Part shown: positions 1-10,434 of the stretch, one piece after another
Layout: every line of letters starts with the position of its first letter
Numbering within the stretch: position 1 is the stretch's first letter
Assembly (NCBI GenBank): GCA_050246315.1
Contig: JBFWWG010000001.1
Coordinates: forward strand, 96,001 to 160,000
Source: Nitrospiraceae bacterium
GTDB taxonomy: Bacteria; Nitrospirota; Nitrospiria; Nitrospirales; Nitrospiraceae
Reading direction: 5' to 3'
Length of the DNA stretch: 64,000 bases
Notes under the pieces: model-generated
The model's input: the letters and a program-made list of their open reading frames with translations, nothing else
What the model was told of the DNA's origin: nothing
Database searches by the model: none
Program-made: the position numbers and the translations under genes

Positions 1-338
1 AGATAATACTCAGCCACCCATCGGGCGAGGCTCAACAATTGAGGGTCGAGCCTATCGCCTTCTCGATGGCCGACGGCAAGAATCGCTCGCCATCCTTTGG
101 GGGGGCGTGGAATCTGGGGATGCACGGCGAGGTCTACGATAATGCCGCCAACTGTCGTGGAGCCAAAGGGAACGGTGACCGTTGTGCCCACCCGAACCAC
201 TGACTGAAGCGAAACTGGAATGGAGTAGGTAAAGGGCCGATGCAGGCGGCGAGGCACGACCACGTCGGCGAACTGCGGCGGAAACTCGGATTGGGTGGAG
301 GTGTTCGATTCGAACCGATTGGTTTCCACGCGCGGCAT
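1..338 (-). CDS. priA: Primosomal protein N' (PriA), 5' part; runs off the left edge
   Basis: Not in the ORF track. Manual translation from ATG at 338 gives ...FADVVVPRRLHRPFTYSIP...VGTTVTVPFG...LLSLARWVAEYYL, which matches the PriA N-terminal 3'-DNA-binding domain. Confidence 0.85.
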   Translation of the reverse strand, partial: MPRVETNRFESNTSTQSEFPPQFADVVVPRRLHRPFTYSIPVSLQSVVRVGTTVTVPFGSTTVGGIIVDLAVHPQIPRPPKGWRAILAVGHREGDRLDPQLLSLARWVAEYY

Positions 339-395
339 TCTAGCAGCCACGACCTGGGGGGACAATTTTGCGCGGAGGAAGCGAACCGTCGCTTG

Positions 396-2042
396 CTATG
401 GAGCTGGGGCGGGAGCAGCGTCGTCGGACTGCGACTCGGTTGGCTCTGATCGATCCACGGGAACCGTGTCCGGAGCCGATTCAGAGCCTGGCGGCTCCAC
501 GCCGCCCGAAGATTGATCCGCCAAAGATCCAGAACCCTGGGCCGCCTGACTTTCGGCTGGCGCGGTCGCAACTGGACTCGATGCGGGCGCACCGTCTACA
601 ATCGGCTCATGAGAGAGACCGTTGGGGACAGTCTGCGCGGGACTTGGAACACGAGACAGGGTTGCGGTCCCCGCCGATTTAGCATCAGGCGGAGCGGGAT
701 CGTGAGGAGTCTGTAGCGCCTCGGCAGATCGGGGAGGCGTGTGGAGCACCACTTCAATTCGGCGGTTCTTCCTGCGCCCCTGATCGGTCGCATTGCTAGC
801 GACCGGCCGAGTCGCCCCATAGCCGACAGAGGAGAGTCGCTCTGAGGCGATTCCGGCCTCTTTCATGAGATATCGAGCCACATTGGTCGCACGCGCACTG
901 GACAATTCCAAATTGGTCGGATACTTGCTCCTGAGTGACGGCCCTATTTCCTGACTATCCGCATGGCCTTCGATCCGGATTTTTGTGCCAGCCCCTTCCT
1001 GTTGGAGAATTTCGCCCATCTGCTTCAGAATCGGTTGGAAATCCGGCTTGATCGTGGCCTCACCCGACTCGAAGTGCACCCGATTCGCCAAGTCGTCCAA
1101 ACTTAGCACTATCCGGTTTTCTGATTCCTCCATGCGCATGCTGGCGCGACCTCCGCTCATGCGCGTCAGGTCATCGATTTTTTTGGCCAGTCGTTGAACA
1201 TCGCTCGTTTTCGATGGGGTCTCCTCTGGCACCTCAACCACCGGGATCGGAGTGGTCGCGGTTCGCATTCCGATCCGATCTCCGATCAGCAACGGGGCGA
1301 TCGCCTTGGTGACCAGCACCGTCGACGTGGATTCCTCCAAGGCCAGGACCTTGACTTCTCCGATGACGCGCCGAGGCAGCCCCCCTCCGACCCGGTAGAT
1401 TTCTAAATGATCGCCGAGTTCCACCCCATCATCTCGCCCAATGTCCAGATACACCACGTGCAACTGCCCGACCAGCGTTCGATTGGCCGGGAAGTCAACA
1501 ATCATTCCCTGGACATCGGCTGCCATTCGATCGGACTCGGATCGGCTCTCAATAGTCGGAGCAACGAACTTGGTCAACTGGTCTCCAGGCCCAATCGGCG
1601 AAAATGAGGCCACCAATTGCCCATGAACGAATTGCCCTTCTATTGCAACGACTTTAATGACGCCGAGTTGGTGGATGAGTTCGCCGAGGTATTTGCCAGT
1701 GACGGGATGAAACACCTTATGCTGACGACGATAGACCGTTAGGAGATCGCCAACGGTTGTGTCGCTTCCTGCCTTGAGTTTCAGATAGAGCCGGTGGCTT
1801 CCTCCAACCAACATTCGGCTTCCCGACACTTGGCTATCGCCTGTGACTTGATTGACCACGCCTTCAGATGGCATGCTGAACCGAATAAAACCGGCCGGAA
1901 ACGCCCAATGCTGATCCCCGCGGACCACGCTCTCCACGGCCGGATCGACGGTGTATCCGCCCATCGCGTGGGGCGCAGGCAGTTCAGCGAGAACCAAGAG
2001 GGTGAGGAAGAATCTGGAGGCTGGTCCGAGATGGGATCTCAT
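396..2042 (-). CDS. Exported OmpA/MotB-family peptidoglycan-binding protein with N-terminal beta-rich (FlgT-C-like) region
   Basis: Signal-like N-terminus; OmpA_C motifs IRIEGHADS, NLELSSARA, GYGATRPVASN, NRRIEV; low-complexity P/A/S tail. Confidence 0.8.
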   Translation of the reverse strand: MRSHLGPASRFFLTLLVLAELPAPHAMGGYTVDPAVESVVRGDQHWAFPAGFIRFSMPSEGVVNQVTGDSQVSGSRMLVGGSHRLYLKLKAGSDTTVGDLLTVYRRQHKVFHPVTGKYLGELIHQLGVIKVVAIEGQFVHGQLVASFSPIGPGDQLTKFVAPTIESRSESDRMAADVQGMIVDFPANRTLVGQLHVVYLDIGRDDGVELGDHLEIYRVGGGLPRRVIGEVKVLALEESTSTVLVTKAIAPLLIGDRIGMRTATTPIPVVEVPEETPSKTSDVQRLAKKIDDLTRMSGGRASMRMEESENRIVLSLDDLANRVHFESGEATIKPDFQPILKQMGEILQQEGAGTKIRIEGHADSQEIGPSLRSKYPTNLELSSARATNVARYLMKEAGIASERLSSVGYGATRPVASNATDQGRRKNRRIEVVLHTPPRSAEALQTPHDPAPPDAKSAGTATLSRVPSPAQTVPNGLSHEPIVDGAPASSPVATAPAESQAAQGSGSLADQSSGGVEPPGSESAPDTVPVDRSEPTESQSDDAAPAPAP

Positions 2043-2985
2043 GATTGTGCCGACGTGGCAACCTTAGCAGATGCCGAGGTGCTGTCAAGCAATCCCGGCA
2101 AACCTGGCACCATCGGTTGCTCAGAAATTGATCAGTGCAATTGATCGTTCCAGAAGATGCTCACCTCCCGGCTGGCGGTGAACAGACATGGTTGAAAAAT
2201 CCGGCGCGAGGCCTTCTTCTCGCCAAATGAAACCAGCGCGAATCGAGACGCAGATCCCACGCCGTAAGAAGGGGCGGGCCGTCCCGCCGCTGAAGGCAGA
2301 ATGGGAACCGGGATCGGACACTGTGTCGTCCGGCCTCCGTATGCCTGCCTCCAACATGAAGCCCCACCCCACCTGACCATCAGAGCTACGCCACGGCCAT
2401 TGCTCTTGATAATGAATGCCCACATTCAAGACGATCGACTGGCTCAGAGGTCTTACCCCGCCAGATCTCAGGGGGATGGTCTCGAGTGGAGGTCCAATCC
2501 GCGGAGAACCCTCATTATTGTCGAGCCTTAACAGGCTGCGGATACCCTCTCGTGGACTCCGGAAATCGTCGCCGACATCGATGTCTCAGACGACAACGGA
2601 AAGCCACGCAGAATGCTTCAAATGCCCGTCCTTCTCACCCCCCTCCAATCCCGATGCGCCGAGACGCACCTTTCCTCGGGCGCGGCCGCAGCGAACGAGG
2701 AGGCAAGGAGGTACATACCGCACCTCGTGTGATCCGCTCGCCCATCGGATAGTTCGTGGCGAGCGGAGAAACCCATTCTGGGTTAAGCCTCTTCGCATTG
2801 AACCCCTCGCATGAAGAGATGACAGCAATGGGTATCTCAACAAAGCTGGCGGACCTTTCAGCATCCTGTTAGGACTTTCGGGGTGGGGTCTCGGTAGGTC
2901 CTTTGTGCGCTTGCTATTGTTTTCTGCCGGTGACTAAGATTGCCGCTCATTTTTTCTCCCCCGAACACCCGTGTAGGGGACCGCG

Positions 2986-3369
2986 ATGCCCGGAACCGAG
3001 CTACTCCTCGAATATCTCAATAGTTACTTCCCCATCCTGCTGTTCATCTTCATCGCGCTGGCGTTTGGGGTCGTCACCTTGGTCGTGAGTTACCTGGTCC
3101 AACCCAAATATCCCGAACCGGAGAAACTCAGCACCTATGAATGCGGGTCCGAGCCCTTCTCGGATGCCCGCATGCCGTTCCCGGTGAGGTACTACATCTT
3201 TGCGATGCTGTTCGTCATTTTTGATATTGAAATTATCTTCTTGTACCCCTGGGCCGTCGTGTTCGACAAAATCGGCTTGATAGGGCTCCTTGAAATGATC
3301 ATTTTCATCGGCCTGTTCGTTGTGGCATACGTCTATGCCTGGCGAAAAGGGGCCTTGGAATGGGATTAG
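2986..3369 (+). CDS. nuoA: NADH:quinone oxidoreductase subunit A
   Basis: KLSTYECG, FVIFDIEIIFLYPWA, AWRKGALEWD. Confidence 0.97.
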   Translation: MPGTELLLEYLNSYFPILLFIFIALAFGVVTLVVSYLVQPKYPEPEKLSTYECGSEPFSDARMPFPVRYYIFAMLFVIFDIEIIFLYPWAVVFDKIGLIGLLEMIIFIGLFVVAYVYAWRKGALEWD

Positions 3370-3423
3370 GCGGGTGGCGAGATCGGACAGGGGCGGGGCA
3401 TTGATCGACCAACAGGTGTCACC

Positions 3424-3951
3424 ATGGGCTTGATTCAAATCGGGCGTCACGACAAAGACGGTCAGGCGGACGTGATCACGACTACCGTCGAGAAGGCGGT
3501 GAACTGGGCTCGCAAGGGTTCGTTGTGGCCGATGACCTTCGGGCTGGCTTGCTGCGCGATCGAAATGATTGCCGCCGTCTCTTCCCGCTACGATATGGAC
3601 CGGTATGGCGCCGGCGTCTTCCGCGCCTCGCCTCGCCAATCGGATCTTATGATCGTCGCGGGCACCGTGTGCCGCCGGATGGCGCCAGTGATCAGAAAGA
3701 TTTACGACCAGATGCCGGAGCCCAAATACGTCATTGCGATGGGGTCATGCGCCACTTCGGGCAACATTTACGACAGTTACAGCGTCGTACAGGGAGTCGA
3801 TCGGTTTGTCCCTGTCGATATCTATGTCCCCGGATGCCCTCCAACACCGGAGGCCCTCTTCGACGGGATTCTCAAGCTCCAAGAGCGCATCATGCAGAAG
3901 CGCGTGTTCGTCAAGCAGCCGGAGCAGGTGAAGCTTCATCTGAAGGTATGA
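3424..3951 (+). CDS. nuoB: Complex I subunit B
   Basis: [28 protein letters not shown]. Confidence 0.97.
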   Translation: MGLIQIGRHDKDGQADVITTTVEKAVNWARKGSLWPMTFGLACCAIEMIAAVSSRYDMDRYGAGVFRASPRQSDLMIVAGTVCRRMAPVIRKIYDQMPEPKYVIAMGSCATSGNIYDSYSVVQGVDRFVPVDIYVPGCPPTPEALFDGILKLQERIMQKRVFVKQPEQVKLHLKV

Positions 3952-3952
3952 G

Positions 3953-4465
3953 ATGACCGCCGAATCTCTTCATCCGATTGCCCGTCGGATCAAAGACGCC
4001 TTTCCGAACGGGTTTGTCACCGCAGTCGAATGGCGAGGCGACTTGGCTGTGACGGTGACCCCGGACACGCTGCACGGTGCCGCGCGGTTTCTTCATGACG
4101 ACCCGGCGTTGGATTTCGATTATATCGTGCATGTCAGCTCCGTCGATTGGCCCGAGGATGAGGAGCGGTTCGAGGTCGTTTATGAATTTTATTCCATCAG
4201 GAAGCGCCATCGGATCCGGCTCAAGACTCGCGTCCGCGAGGCAGATTGTGTCGTGGATTCCCTCTGCGATATCTGGAAAGGCGCCGACTTCATGGAGCGG
4301 GAAGTCTTCGACATGATGGGCATCCGTTTTCGAAACCATCCCGATTTGCGCCGCATCCTCATGCCCGATGAGTATACGGAAGGGTATCCGCTCCGGAAGG
4401 ATTTTCCGCTCCGCGGCAAGGGGTGGCGCGACACCTTCGATTTCTTGAACGAACCGATGTCCTAG
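3953..4465 (+). CDS. nuoC: Complex I subunit C
   Basis: EREVFDMMGI, HPDLRRILM, YPLRKDFPL. Confidence 0.96.
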   Translation: MTAESLHPIARRIKDAFPNGFVTAVEWRGDLAVTVTPDTLHGAARFLHDDPALDFDYIVHVSSVDWPEDEERFEVVYEFYSIRKRHRIRLKTRVREADCVVDSLCDIWKGADFMEREVFDMMGIRFRNHPDLRRILMPDEYTEGYPLRKDFPLRGKGWRDTFDFLNEPMS

Positions 4466-4474
4466 AGGCACGGC

Positions 4475-5731
4475 ATGGCGTCCCGACCGTTCGAAGACCA
4501 ACGAACGACCGTCTACAAGGTCGATCCGCAACACCCCGAGAGCGAGACGCTCCCGACGTTGCGCACGGAAGAACTGTTGTTGAATATGGGGCCGCAGCAC
4601 CCCAGTACCCATGGCGTGCTGAAGGTCATACTCGAACTGGAAGGCGAGAGGATCGTCAAGTCCATCCCGGTCATGGGCTACCTGCACCGTGGAGTCGAAA
4701 AGCTGGCGGAGGAGGGGACCTATCACCAGTTCATCCCGCACACGGACCGGTTGGACTACGTCTGCGCCATGTACAACAACTACGCTTACTGCCGCGCGGT
4801 CGAAAAACTGATTAACATCACCGTCCCGGAACGGGCGGAGTACCTGCGGACAATCGTCGCCGAGGTCCAGCGCATCATCGGTCACCTTTTCTGGTTGGGC
4901 ACCCAGGCGCTCGACATCGGGGCCATGACGGTCTTTTTTTATACGTTCCGCGATCGAGAAATCCTGTTGGATTGGTTCGACGAGCTCTGCGGCGCGAGGC
5001 TGACAACGAGTTGGTATCGTATCGGTGGGGTCGAACGAGATTTCACGCCTGCTCTCTTCGAGAAAATTCGCAAGTTCTTGGATTACTTCCCGCCGAAGAT
5101 CGAAGAATACGTCGTGTTCCTAGAAAAAAATCGCATCTGGCTTGCTCGGACGAAGGGCGTGGCCGTGATCTCGGCCGAGGATGCAGTCAGTTTTGGATTA
5201 AGCGGCCCGACCTTGCGCGGTTCGGGAGTCGACTACGACCTACGCAAGCATGAATCCTACGGAGCCTATCCCCGCTGCGAGTTCAGCGTGCCGATCGGCA
5301 AGAACGGCGACACCTACGACCGGTATTGGATTCGAGTATTGGAATTGCACGAGAGCGTCAAGATCATCCGTCAATGCCTAGAACAGATTCCGGCGGAAGG
5401 TCCGGTGATGGCCGACGTACCGAGCGTCACACTTCCGCCGAAAGAACGGGTCTTCACCAATCTGGAATCAATGATCCAACAGTTCAAGCTGTTCTCGCAG
5501 GGGTTCAACGCACCGCCGGGAGAGATCTACTGCGGCACCGAGGCTCACAAGGGCGAGCTTGGATTCTATATCGTGAGCACGGGGGGGGGGAAACCGTATC
5601 GGCTGAAAATCCGTTCGCCCTCCTTCATTCATATGGGTGCCTTCGATTTCATGGCAAAAGGCTATATGATCGCGGACGCGGTCACCATCTTCGGCACCTA
5701 TGACATCGTAATGGGAGAGTGCGACCGGTAG
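4475..5731 (+). CDS. nuoD: Complex I subunit D
   Basis: NMGPQHPSTHGVL, GYLHRGVEK, C-terminal DIVMGECDR; no NiFe CxxC pairs. Confidence 0.97.
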   Translation: MASRPFEDQRTTVYKVDPQHPESETLPTLRTEELLLNMGPQHPSTHGVLKVILELEGERIVKSIPVMGYLHRGVEKLAEEGTYHQFIPHTDRLDYVCAMYNNYAYCRAVEKLINITVPERAEYLRTIVAEVQRIIGHLFWLGTQALDIGAMTVFFYTFRDREILLDWFDELCGARLTTSWYRIGGVERDFTPALFEKIRKFLDYFPPKIEEYVVFLEKNRIWLARTKGVAVISAEDAVSFGLSGPTLRGSGVDYDLRKHESYGAYPRCEFSVPIGKNGDTYDRYWIRVLELHESVKIIRQCLEQIPAEGPVMADVPSVTLPPKERVFTNLESMIQQFKLFSQGFNAPPGEIYCGTEAHKGELGFYIVSTGGGKPYRLKIRSPSFIHMGAFDFMAKGYMIADAVTIFGTYDIVMGECDR

Positions 5732-5837
5732 TCTAAAAGAGAAGGCGTCAACCATCACGCGTCAGTGGCGAGATGGCGGCGGTCGGTCCTCACATCGATT
5801 GACGGATGCCGCACAACGGTTGACGGGCGTAAGGACA

Positions 5838-8546
5838 ATGGCACTGAAACCAACCACCAGTCCTGACAAGGAAGCGACGACCATCGAATTGTCCATCGAT
5901 GGCCAACCGGTCACGGCTAAGGACGGCGTCTCTCTGTACGACGTGATCGCGAGCACCGGCAAGATCATTCCCGCCATGTGCTACCACTATACGTTCGACC
6001 CGTTCGGCTCCTGCGGCATGTGCCTGGTCATGCAGGAAGGCAAGAAGGCGCCGGTCCGTTCCTGCACCGCCAAAGCGACCGCCGGGATGATCATTCGCAC
6101 GGAAGGTGAGGATTTGTTCCTGGCTCGCAAGAAGGCGGTGGAGAAGCATCTCTCCGTCCATCCGCTCGACTGTCCGGTGTGCGATGCGGACGGCCATTGC
6201 GAGTTGCAGGACATGGCCTTTCTCCATGGGGTCACGAATCTGGCCAGCGCCAAACAGAAGCTCATCCCCGAGGACACGCGCAGCCTGGTGCTGGACTTCA
6301 ACATGAATCGCTGCATCGCCTGCGGCGAATGCATCAACATCTGCAAGGACGTGCAGATGATCGACGCGCTTCAGTTCATGAAAAAGGGCGGCTTTAATCA
6401 GGTCGTGGCCAAGGGAGACCAGCCGTTGCAATGCGAGTTCTGCGGCGACTGTTTGGCCGTCTGCCCGGTCGGCGCCATTACCAACAAGTACTCGAAGTAT
6501 CAGTACAAGCCCTGGCAGATGAAGAAAACCCTGACCACCTGTAACTACTGCGGGGACGGCTGCCAGATGTATGTGGAGACCAAAGACACGCAGGTGGTGC
6601 GGGTGACCTCCCATTTATCCTGGAAGAACAAGTGGGGCGATCGAACCGAGACAGCCAAAGGCCACGGCGGCCTCTGTGTGCGAGGCCGGTTCGGGTTTCA
6701 GTTCATCGACAGCAAGACGCGCTTGACGCAGCCACTCGTTCGTCGAGAGGGAGAGCTGATGTCGGCTCCCTGGCTGGATACCATGCACGAGCTCATCGAG
6801 CGCATCGAGACCGTCAAAAGTATGTACGGACCACAGGCGATCGCGGGACTCATCACCGCGCGCTGCACCAACGAAGAACTGTACCTGTTCCAGAAGCTGA
6901 TGCGCGTGGCACTCCGCACCAATCAGATCGACAGCAGCGCGAGATACGGCCACTTGAATTTCGTCCACGCGGTGCGCCAGTCTCTGGGGGTCGGCCGGAT
7001 GACCAACGACTCCGAAGACCTCACCAAGGCCAAGGCCATTTTGCTGGTCGGGTCCAACCTCACCGAGACCAATCCGGTGGCGAGTCTGCGTGTCAAGGAG
7101 GCGATCCGAGTTTACCAGGCCCAAGTGATCGTCATCGACTCCTTTAGTACCAACATCGCAAAGTTGGCCTCGCACCCTACAATGGTCAAGCCGGGCACGG
7201 AAGGGCTCTTCGTACAAGGATTGGTCAAGGCCGCCTTGGATAGTGATCTCATCGACCAGGATGCGACCGCTGCACATCCGCAAACCTTGGCCGCGCTGAA
7301 ACGGGCGGCATCCAGTCTGTCGCTGGAACGGATCGCATCCCAAACCGGTACAGCCGTCAAGCAGATCGTCGAAGCCGCGACCCTGTTCGCCGAAGCGCCC
7401 CGCGCCCTGGTCATCGCCGGCGAGGGCGTCGTGCGACGGAGCGGCGGCTATCGCACCTTGCTCACCCTGGTCGATTTCCTCTGGATCACGGGGAAGTTGG
7501 GACGGCCGGGCTGCGGCCTCAACACGGTGGTCGAAGAGGCCAACGAACAGGGCGCCGTTGATATGGGCGTCGCGCCCGAATTTCTCCCTGGCCAAGCGTC
7601 GTTCTCCGACGAAGCCGCTCGGGCCAGATTCGCCAAGGCCTGGGGGTCGGAGCAGCAGCCGGTGACGTTGCCGGCGGCCGGGTCCGGCGCAACCTTGATG
7701 GAGATCCTCGACCGTTGCCGTACCGGGCAGATCAAGGCGCTCTATCTTGTGGGAGAGAATCCGCTCGAAACGTTGCCGGCCTCCGCCGATGTCCGGTCCG
7801 CTCTTGAGAAGCTCGATCTCTTGATCTGCCAGGATCCCTTTTTGACCGAGACCGGCAAGCTCGCCCACTTTGTCTTGCCGGCCTGTACCTTTGCCGAAAA
7901 AGATGGAACGGTGACCAATCAAGAGGGACAGGTGCAACGAGTCCGCCAAACGCTTGATCCTATCGGAGAAAGCCTCCCGGACTGGCATATCATGACGGCG
8001 CTGGCCAGCGGGCTCGGCCATCAGTGGGACTATGAGTCCTCCCAGGACATTCAGAACGAAATTATGAAGCTGTTGCCGGGCTACTATAATCTCGGCCAAG
8101 CCAAGAAGCCTCCGGTATTGCTTGACGCCTACTTTTCCAACAGTGATGCGACCCAGGTCTCTTCGCGGTATGCCCAGCCTGTGACCGACCTAGCGCCGGA
8201 CAAGCCCTATCGTTTGATCATGGGACAGTTGCTGTACCACTCGGGTAAGCTCTCGACGCAAGCATCTGGCTTGATCAACATCGCGCCCAACAACGGCCGT
8301 CTCCATATGAGCCTGGAGGACCTTTCGCGTCTGGGGTTGGCGGAAGGGGGCACCGTCCGAGTCACCTCAGCCACAGGCTCGCTGGTCATGGCCGTGCAGC
8401 CGAATACGGCCGTCATGCCGGGTACCTGTTTCTTCCCGGAGCATTTTAACGAGCCTCCCGTGAAGGACCTGATGGCGGTCGATGTCGATCCGATCACGAA
8501 GGTTCCGACTTTCAAGTTTACCCCAGTGTTTGCGGAGAAGGCCTAA
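5838..8546 (+). CDS. nuoG: NuoG / FdhF-like multi-Fe-S subunit
   Basis: ATG at 5838 after AAGGA. Motifs CYH..SCGMC..SC (2Fe-2S), HPLDCPVC..CELQD, CIACGECINIC, CEFCGDCLAVCPVGA, TCNYCGDGC..LCVRGRFG; molybdopterin-oxidoreductase-like C-terminal part. Confidence 0.9.
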   Translation: MALKPTTSPDKEATTIELSIDGQPVTAKDGVSLYDVIASTGKIIPAMCYHYTFDPFGSCGMCLVMQEGKKAPVRSCTAKATAGMIIRTEGEDLFLARKKAVEKHLSVHPLDCPVCDADGHCELQDMAFLHGVTNLASAKQKLIPEDTRSLVLDFNMNRCIACGECINICKDVQMIDALQFMKKGGFNQVVAKGDQPLQCEFCGDCLAVCPVGAITNKYSKYQYKPWQMKKTLTTCNYCGDGCQMYVETKDTQVVRVTSHLSWKNKWGDRTETAKGHGGLCVRGRFGFQFIDSKTRLTQPLVRREGELMSAPWLDTMHELIERIETVKSMYGPQAIAGLITARCTNEELYLFQKLMRVALRTNQIDSSARYGHLNFVHAVRQSLGVGRMTNDSEDLTKAKAILLVGSNLTETNPVASLRVKEAIRVYQAQVIVIDSFSTNIAKLASHPTMVKPGTEGLFVQGLVKAALDSDLIDQDATAAHPQTLAALKRAASSLSLERIASQTGTAVKQIVEAATLFAEAPRALVIAGEGVVRRSGGYRTLLTLVDFLWITGKLGRPGCGLNTVVEEANEQGAVDMGVAPEFLPGQASFSDEAARARFAKAWGSEQQPVTLPAAGSGATLMEILDRCRTGQIKALYLVGENPLETLPASADVRSALEKLDLLICQDPFLTETGKLAHFVLPACTFAEKDGTVTNQEGQVQRVRQTLDPIGESLPDWHIMTALASGLGHQWDYESSQDIQNEIMKLLPGYYNLGQAKKPPVLLDAYFSNSDATQVSSRYAQPVTDLAPDKPYRLIMGQLLYHSGKLSTQASGLINIAPNNGRLHMSLEDLSRLGLAEGGTVRVTSATGSLVMAVQPNTAVMPGTCFFPEHFNEPPVKDLMAVDVDPITKVPTFKFTPVFAEKA

Positions 8547-8586
8547 GCGAGGACGCGGGACCTCGCGCCGCCCTAAAGAGCACACG

Positions 8587-9174
8587 ATGAAAGTCACCGG
8601 TGTAACCAAGAAGATCCTCCACGCAATCCTGTTCGACGAGATCTGGGACGCCATGAAGGTGACCTTCAAACACATGTTTCACCGGCCAATTACCTTTCAA
8701 TATCCGCGCGAGCAGCGGCAGATCCCGGATACCCACCGGGGCGCGCTCGCACTGTTGCGATACGACGACGGCAAGGAACGGTGCGTGGGATGCGATCTGT
8801 GCGAAGCCGCCTGTCCGTCGCGCTGCATCAAAGTGATCAGCGCGGAGGACAAGTCGCTGCCGCTCCAGCGCTACGCCAGCGAGTTTTACATCGACATTAC
8901 CAAATGCGTCTTTTGCGGCTATTGCGTCGAAGCCTGTCCCGTCAACGCCCTCGCCATGACCAAGCTCTACGAGTTTTCCACCCACGATAAACGGACGCTC
9001 TTGTTCGATAAAAAGCGGCTATACGAGATCGGTGAAAAATACTTGGAAGACGGCAAGAGATATCTCTATGCCCACGGCCAGGAAAAAAACAGCGACTCGA
9101 GCCGCGAGTACCGATATTACTTCCCCCAGTCCGTGGCGAAGGGGACGCAGCCGCCGCCGAAGCACCTCACGTAA
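8587..9174 (+). CDS. nuoI: Complex I subunit I
   Basis: Two ferredoxin motifs CVGCDLCEAACP and CVFCGYCVEACP; start placed at ATG 8587 (MKVTG). Confidence 0.95.
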   Translation: MKVTGVTKKILHAILFDEIWDAMKVTFKHMFHRPITFQYPREQRQIPDTHRGALALLRYDDGKERCVGCDLCEAACPSRCIKVISAEDKSLPLQRYASEFYIDITKCVFCGYCVEACPVNALAMTKLYEFSTHDKRTLLFDKKRLYEIGEKYLEDGKRYLYAHGQEKNSDSSREYRYYFPQSVAKGTQPPPKHLT

Positions 9175-9213
9175 GCGACCGTGCACCGGCCTATCGAAGG
9201 AATGTAGAAGACG

Positions 9214-9744
9214 ATGATCGCGGTGTTCTTTGCATATTTCTCGCTGGTGGCCATTATTGCCGGCGTGCTAACGGTCGCATTGAAAAACCCCGTCCATTGC
9301 GGCCTGGCGCTGTTAGCCCTGCTGCTGCACGTCTCCGGCCTGTTCATTCTGCTGAACGCCGAATTCCTGTGGGCGGTGCAGGTGATCGTTTACGCTGGCG
9401 CGATTCTGGTGCTCTATCTGTTCGTGCTCATGCTCTTGAACTTGAAGACCGAGGAGCGGTATTTCCATGCCCACTACCCTTATTTGTTGGCGCCGGCGGT
9501 CTTGGGCAGTCTCTACCTCCTGTTCATTTTGTTCCGTACCCCGTTTGGAGGAGCGAAGGGCGATGCGCCCACTGATCTCACGTTGAAGACCGGCAATACC
9601 GTCGCGATCGGCCTCAAGATGTTCAGCGACCACATCTTGCAATTCGAGATCATCGGTCTGTTCCTCACGGCCGCGATCGTCGGAGCTATCGTGTTGGCCA
9701 AGACCCCGACGGACGCCAGGCCGGAGCCCCAGGATCGTCCATGA
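9214..9744 (+). CDS. nuoJ: Complex I subunit J
   Basis: [42 protein letters not shown]. Confidence 0.95.
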   Translation: MIAVFFAYFSLVAIIAGVLTVALKNPVHCGLALLALLLHVSGLFILLNAEFLWAVQVIVYAGAILVLYLFVLMLLNLKTEERYFHAHYPYLLAPAVLGSLYLLFILFRTPFGGAKGDAPTDLTLKTGNTVAIGLKMFSDHILQFEIIGLFLTAAIVGAIVLAKTPTDARPEPQDRP

Positions 9745-9757
9745 GGGGGAGCGAGAG

Positions 9758-10075
9758 ATGGCATGGTTCTATTTAATCGTCGCCGGATTGTTCGAGGTCG
9801 GATGGGCGGTCTCGTTGAAGTATACGGAGGGGTTTACTCGGGTGTGGCCAAGCACGATGTTCGGCATCTCCATGGCTCTGAGCATCTGGTTGCTGGCTCT
9901 GGCACTCAGGACGATTCCCATCGGAACCGGCTATGCCGTCTGGACCGGCATCGGCGCGGCCGGAACCGCGACGCTGGGCATGCTGCTCTTCGGAGAATCG
10001 CGCGATACGTGGCGAATGCTCAGCCTTCTCTTCATCATCGTTGGGATTGTCGGGCTCAAGGTCTCGTCCACCTAA
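9758..10075 (+). CDS. gdx: SMR-family transporter, Gdx/SugE (guanidinium exporter) subtype
   Basis: 105 aa, four TM helices, membrane Glu in [36 protein letters not shown]. Confidence 0.85.
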   Translation: MAWFYLIVAGLFEVGWAVSLKYTEGFTRVWPSTMFGISMALSIWLLALALRTIPIGTGYAVWTGIGAAGTATLGMLLFGESRDTWRMLSLLFIIVGIVGLKVSST

Positions 10076-10130
10076 TGGCCCACTTGAGCATGCTGAAGAC
10101 AACTCCTTGTGGCGGGGTGACGGGACCATC

Positions 10131-10433
10131 ATGATTCCTCTGTCTGCCTACGTGACCGTAAGCACGATCCTGTTCATGACCGGTGTCCTCGGCGTGTTGA
10201 TCCGGCGAAATTTCATTATCGTCCTGATGTCCGTGGAGATCATGTTGAACGCAGCCAATATCAACCTCGTGGCGTTTTCCCACTACCTCGAGTCGATGGC
10301 AGGGCAGATGGTCGCGCTGTTCGTCATCGCCATTGCGGCCGGAGAAGCCGCCATCGGCCTGGCGATCATCATCGTCGTGTTTCGGGGCAAAATCTCGACC
10401 AACGTGGACGAGATGAATTTATTGAAGTGGTGA
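10131..10433 (+). CDS. nuoK: Complex I subunit K
   Basis: RRNFIIVLMSVEIMLNAANINLV, AAGEAAIGLA; start at ATG 10131. Confidence 0.96.
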   Translation: MIPLSAYVTVSTILFMTGVLGVLIRRNFIIVLMSVEIMLNAANINLVAFSHYLESMAGQMVALFVIAIAAGEAAIGLAIIIVVFRGKISTNVDEMNLLKW

Positions 10434-10434
10434 C

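Noticed and set aside
2043..2985. Several short overlapping ORFs or a possible riboswitch upstream of nuoA
   Set aside because: No recognisable protein motifs or RNA family consensus; most likely the divergent promoter region.
9700..9757. Guanidine-II riboswitch ahead of the SMR gene
   Set aside because: An ACGG occurs in the end of nuoJ, but the paired twin ACGR-loop hairpins are absent and the spacer is only 13 nt.
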